Part shown: positions 60,859 through 64,000 of the stretch, in pieces
How positions within the stretch are numbered: position 1 is the first letter of the stretch
How the letters are laid out: each line of letters begins with the position of its first letter
Virus record (IMG/VR): IMGVR_UViG_3300042673_002246
DNA from: a virus
Length of the DNA stretch: 64,000 bases
Direction: 5' to 3' (one strand)
The notes under the pieces: generated by a model
What the model was told of the DNA's origin: nothing
Seen by the model: only the letters and a program-made list of their open reading frames with translations
Databases searched by the model: none
Program-made: the position numbers and the translations under genes

Positions 60859-61566
60859 TTATACTATGGGCTCCGAAAGTGCTGGCAGCCCAGCAAATGT
60901 TGGGCCTATTTGATTTCCGTCCGCGTCAAGACCTGTCTTAATGCCCTTTGTCCAAGTCCATGGGCGTTCGATATTGTTCTGCGACTTGAGTTGACCATAT
61001 TTTGACCTTGCCTCCACCAGCTCCTTATCGTCCCATAGTGTCACTACCTCGAATTCTGCGTCTTTAATGATTTGAGGCGAGTAGATGTTAAAAAAACACA
61101 AAGGCGAACCGGCTGGGAAAACTACTTCCTGATTTTCTTTTGTTATCTTCCAGTTCATTTGAACTTCGTCAGGCCACCACCACGAAGGAATCGTTGCTGA
61201 CAGCCCGACAGCGCCGTCTATAAAGTAATTTGGAGAGCCCGAAATCCAAGTCTCATACCCTGGCTCGGTGTTTATAATCCATCCCATGTGTAGGGAAATG
61301 GTTCCTATTATTGATGATGTGGCTTGCTTTCTGCCGCTTTTAGTAAATTCGCCTGCAAGTATTTCGGGGGGAGTGTTTCCGCCGGACCATTTAATTACAA
61401 GGTCCTCCTCCATCTGCACTTCCCATCCCATTACATTCGCCACGGAGACTGGCATGCATTGATAAGCGTGTTTTTTATGTGTCTCGTCCATCCAGTCTCT
61501 CTTTAATCTTGACTGAACTATCCGAGGTGGATTTGGGTCTGTTCTTTTTAAAACTATCTTGCTCAT
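60859..61566 (-). CDS. DUF6065-like protein
   Basis: RDWMD...HAYQCMP...AN.MGW...SGSPN...W...MNWK...F..G.P. Confidence 0.78.
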   Translation of the reverse strand: MSKIVLKRTDPNPPRIVQSRLKRDWMDETHKKHAYQCMPVSVANVMGWEVQMEEDLVIKWSGGNTPPEILAGEFTKSGRKQATSSIIGTISLHMGWIINTEPGYETWISGSPNYFIDGAVGLSATIPSWWWPDEVQMNWKITKENQEVVFPAGSPLCFFNIYSPQIIKDAEFEVVTLWDDKELVEARSKYGQLKSQNNIERPWTWTKGIKTGLDADGNQIGPTFAGLPALSEPIV

Positions 61567-62282
61567 TTCTTTACCGACATATCAATACTTGTTCCAGACG
61601 AAACCCCAGCCCCATATGTTGCCTTTGAGCCGTCAATATTCTCCCCGTAGCCATGTTTGTGAGTTCTGTCGTTGTAGTCAAACATGGTCACTGCCGCATA
61701 CTTTGTTCCAGAAACAACAGGTCGCGACGCGTGGGCATACGTAAACGTAGATGGGAACATTACGTTGTCCCCAGCGGCAAACTTCACGTTTAGGTCAAGA
61801 TATGGGAACCAAAGCTCACCCCCCTCGTAGTCGTCATTTATGTATATGACTGACGAAACTGTACAGTTATAAGAAAATCCATGGTCTGTGTGAACGTTGA
61901 AGTGCTGACCAGGCTTATATCGCACATAATTTATGGCTTCACGATAATCCATTTTGATGTTAAATCTTTGCTGATAGTCGTTAAGACATGCCGTTAATAT
62001 TTCAACGGTATCTTCGTATACTGAGCGAAGTCCGGAAAATTCTTGTGGCAAGTTTGCTATATGGGCATCTCCCAATTTACAATCAACGCAGTCTCTGTAT
62101 TCTGGCATTTTTTGTTGGTCGCCAACGAGTGCATCCATCCACATATACGGCGCGGTTTCACTGGACCCAATCGCCTCTTCAATTCTCTCCGGTATGTTCA
62201 ATTCCCGTGGGAGCGCATTGCGATAGACGATTATTGCCAATCTCGGGTCTCCAATAAACTCAACCTCGATATTTCTTACCAT
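61563..62282 (-). CDS. P4H-like 2OG-Fe(II) dioxygenase
   Basis: VHTD...YINDDYEGGEL...HAS.PV.SGTKY. Confidence 0.9.
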   Translation of the reverse strand: MVRNIEVEFIGDPRLAIIVYRNALPRELNIPERIEEAIGSSETAPYMWMDALVGDQQKMPEYRDCVDCKLGDAHIANLPQEFSGLRSVYEDTVEILTACLNDYQQRFNIKMDYREAINYVRYKPGQHFNVHTDHGFSYNCTVSSVIYINDDYEGGELWFPYLDLNVKFAAGDNVMFPSTFTYAHASRPVVSGTKYAAVTMFDYNDRTHKHGYGENIDGSKATYGAGVSSGTSIDMSVKK

Positions 62283-62814
62283 ATTGGTTGCTCCTTTTTT
62301 GTTTATGTTTCATAGAAAACCACATTGGGCATGCCCACCTATCCCCTCCGTATACATTATCTACATAATGAGCAAATTCAATACCGCCACCATAAATTAC
62401 AACCCGGCCTGGGGATGGCTTCACGGTATTGCCCGTATCGGCAAAAACAAGTTCCCCCCCATTGAATTCTTGGTTCAAATACAGAACCGCAGACACATCA
62501 AAGTCCTCACACCCAAGCTTTGGTGAGCCATCCAAATTCTGCCTGTCTGCGTGCAGTGTTGGGACATGAAGTCCAGATTTGCTGACAAAAATTCCGGGCA
62601 TTCTATGCTCAAGTTCAATGTCATATTTTTTCTCTGCGGCTGCCATGACAACCCATGATGCAAATATCAATGACTCGGCGGCTTCAAAATCTTCTGTCAG
62701 TAGTCTGTCAATTCCAATACTTTCGCCAATTTTTACTGCCGCCGACAATATTTTGGAAATAGTCGTATCTTCAAAAAGCGAATCTATGATATGTACTTTG
62801 TCTACTCTATTCAT
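62260..62814 (-). CDS. P4H-like 2OG-Fe(II) dioxygenase (start revised to 62814)
   Basis: LHAD...YLNQEFNGGEL...HYV..V..GDRW. Confidence 0.88.
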   Translation of the reverse strand: MNRVDKVHIIDSLFEDTTISKILSAAVKIGESIGIDRLLTEDFEAAESLIFASWVVMAAAEKKYDIELEHRMPGIFVSKSGLHVPTLHADRQNLDGSPKLGCEDFDVSAVLYLNQEFNGGELVFADTGNTVKPSPGRVVIYGGGIEFAHYVDNVYGGDRWACPMWFSMKHKQKRSNQYGKKYRG

Positions 62815-63442
62815 CCACAACAGTATAGAACGATGGGGTCGTATATCTCTCCCCAGATTCAACCATGCTTACCCCGTGTAAGTACCCAACATCACCAGGA
62901 TGTATCACTGCCAAGCCGGGTTTTGGTCTAACGGTAATCCCGTGCTGTGGGTAATACAAATCGCCACCCTCAAAGTCGTCATTGTAATAGAACAATGAAT
63001 TGATGTCGTAATCCGTGAAGGCGTTTGGTCTTCCGTCATTTAGTTGCTTATCGGCATGGGGGCGCTGCTCTATGCCTGCCCGCCATTTCATTATCACCGG
63101 AGGGCGCACTGAAACAGAAACCTGAAAAAGCTCTTCGATGAGGTTCTTCATTTTGTAGATGTATTTATCAACAATTTCATAAACCTCCGAGTTCAGCTCC
63201 TTTAAAATTTCAGAACTGCACTGCCTGTCGTTCCAGTATTCTGCGTTATACAAACATGTTCCATCTTCCGCATAAACGCTTTCGGCTGTGTTGTTCCATT
63301 TATTTATTGTTGGGCAAAATTTCTGAACTAAGAGCAAGTCTTCTAGTTCGATAAAATTTTCAATTATGTGGATGTTCTCTGGTCCGCTGCCAAAATGCCC
63401 GGGTTTTATCTTCCAGGGTGAATCGATATCAATCATTTCCAT
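62807..63442 (-). CDS. P4H-like 2OG-Fe(II) dioxygenase
   Basis: PHAD...YYNDDFEGGDL...HGV..V..GERY. Confidence 0.9.
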   Translation of the reverse strand: MEMIDIDSPWKIKPGHFGSGPENIHIIENFIELEDLLLVQKFCPTINKWNNTAESVYAEDGTCLYNAEYWNDRQCSSEILKELNSEVYEIVDKYIYKMKNLIEELFQVSVSVRPPVIMKWRAGIEQRPHADKQLNDGRPNAFTDYDINSLFYYNDDFEGGDLYYPQHGITVRPKPGLAVIHPGDVGYLHGVSMVESGERYTTPSFYTVVDE

Positions 63443-63998
63443 GTGATTTCCTTTGGGACGTTATATGTTCATACAACATAACATCCAATTTGCTTCTTTC
63501 AAGTATTTCCTTTTTTTGTGACGGGCTCGGTTTTATTCCAGCTCGGACCGATGAGTTCATTTTTTCTAAACCCAACCCTACAAATTCAACATTGAATTTA
63601 TCCTTAAATTGATAAGTCAAATATTTTTCTACGGCCATTCGCTCGTTCATTTCAAAAATTGTAATGTCTTTAATTCTGTCTATTAGTTCTTTTTCTCCAG
63701 TAGGTAAATCGGACTCGACAAACCATGCACCATTAGGCTGAATACTAACCCCTGGTGATTCATCCCCAACATCTAAGACTGCATTGATTTCAACCATCCT
63801 GCACGTAAGCATCTTGGTTTGCAAATTTCCGTCAGATGAAAACAATTTACATCCAAAAATTGTTTCGTATTTTCCGTCTAAGAACTTGTCAAGAATTTCG
63901 TTTGTAAATTCCCTTCGGGACGACATGGCCCTGTATGCAGCAATGCTGACAAAATGGTCTACCGGCTCCCTTATAACGGAGAACGTCTCCAGGCTGCT
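63429..63998 (-). CDS. Sulfotransferase-family protein, 5' end beyond the window
   Basis: Frame is open upstream of the track start: ...TFSVIREPVDHFVS (3'-phosphate-binding motif), NLQT, and C-terminal LDVMLYE. Confidence 0.75.
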   Translation of the reverse strand, partial: SSLETFSVIREPVDHFVSIAAYRAMSSRREFTNEILDKFLDGKYETIFGCKLFSSDGNLQTKMLTCRMVEINAVLDVGDESPGVSIQPNGAWFVESDLPTGEKELIDRIKDITIFEMNERMAVEKYLTYQFKDKFNVEFVGLGLEKMNSSVRAGIKPSPSQKKEILERSKLDVMLYEHITSQRKSHGND

Positions 63999-64000
63999 GT

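Larger units (their letters stand above)
1..64000. mobile_element. Segment of a large tailed dsDNA phage genome (contractile tail, HK97-type head genes)
   Basis: Terminase, portal, prohead protease, sheath, tube, tape measure and baseplate genes; dense coding; no cellular housekeeping genes or integrase seen. Confidence 0.95.

Noticed and set aside
1-64000. tRNA/rRNA genes, integrase, IS elements, major capsid protein
   Set aside because: None recognisable by eye; tRNAscan-SE/ARAGORN and HMM searches would be needed to exclude them formally

Overview
The whole window reads as a 64-kb slice of a large contractile-tailed (myovirus-type) phage genome. The host is probably an Actinobacterium, inferred from several apparently leaderless TGn-TAnnnT promoters. 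Left to right: (1) 1-21.7 kb, a minus-strand head operon (small membrane protein, portal-MuF fusion, a 2954-aa prohead-protease fusion, an acidic PepSY protein, a 2458-aa multi-enzyme protein, further head-associated genes); no major capsid gene is visible. (2) 21.8-32.5 kb, terminase, Rad52-type annealing protein, RecB-like exonuclease, HNH, RuvC, a ParB/PAPS-reductase/ParB module, and a 400-bp intergenic region with two strongly structured RNA candidates. (3) 32.6-51 kb, neck, sheath, tube, frameshifted chaperone, tape measure, baseplate and fibres. (4) 51-64 kb, an island of ten 2OG-Fe(II) dioxygenases with sulfotransferase-, methyltransferase- and glutathione-peroxidase-like genes. Best candidate for an undescribed system: the two giant head proteins look like cleavable polyproteins. 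A [L/F/M/I]-S-S-G motif, often after a basic stretch, occurs 12 times, is conserved at protein but not DNA level, and mostly sits between recognisable modules (sigma-r4 HTH, ArdC/zincin, UvrD helicase, ParB, ART-like). Second candidate: a tail-fibre protein with a 14-Cys knob on a predicted beta-ribbon stalk, sitting next to a possible phage-encoded protein-modification kit. All family calls come from motif recognition by eye; no searches were run.
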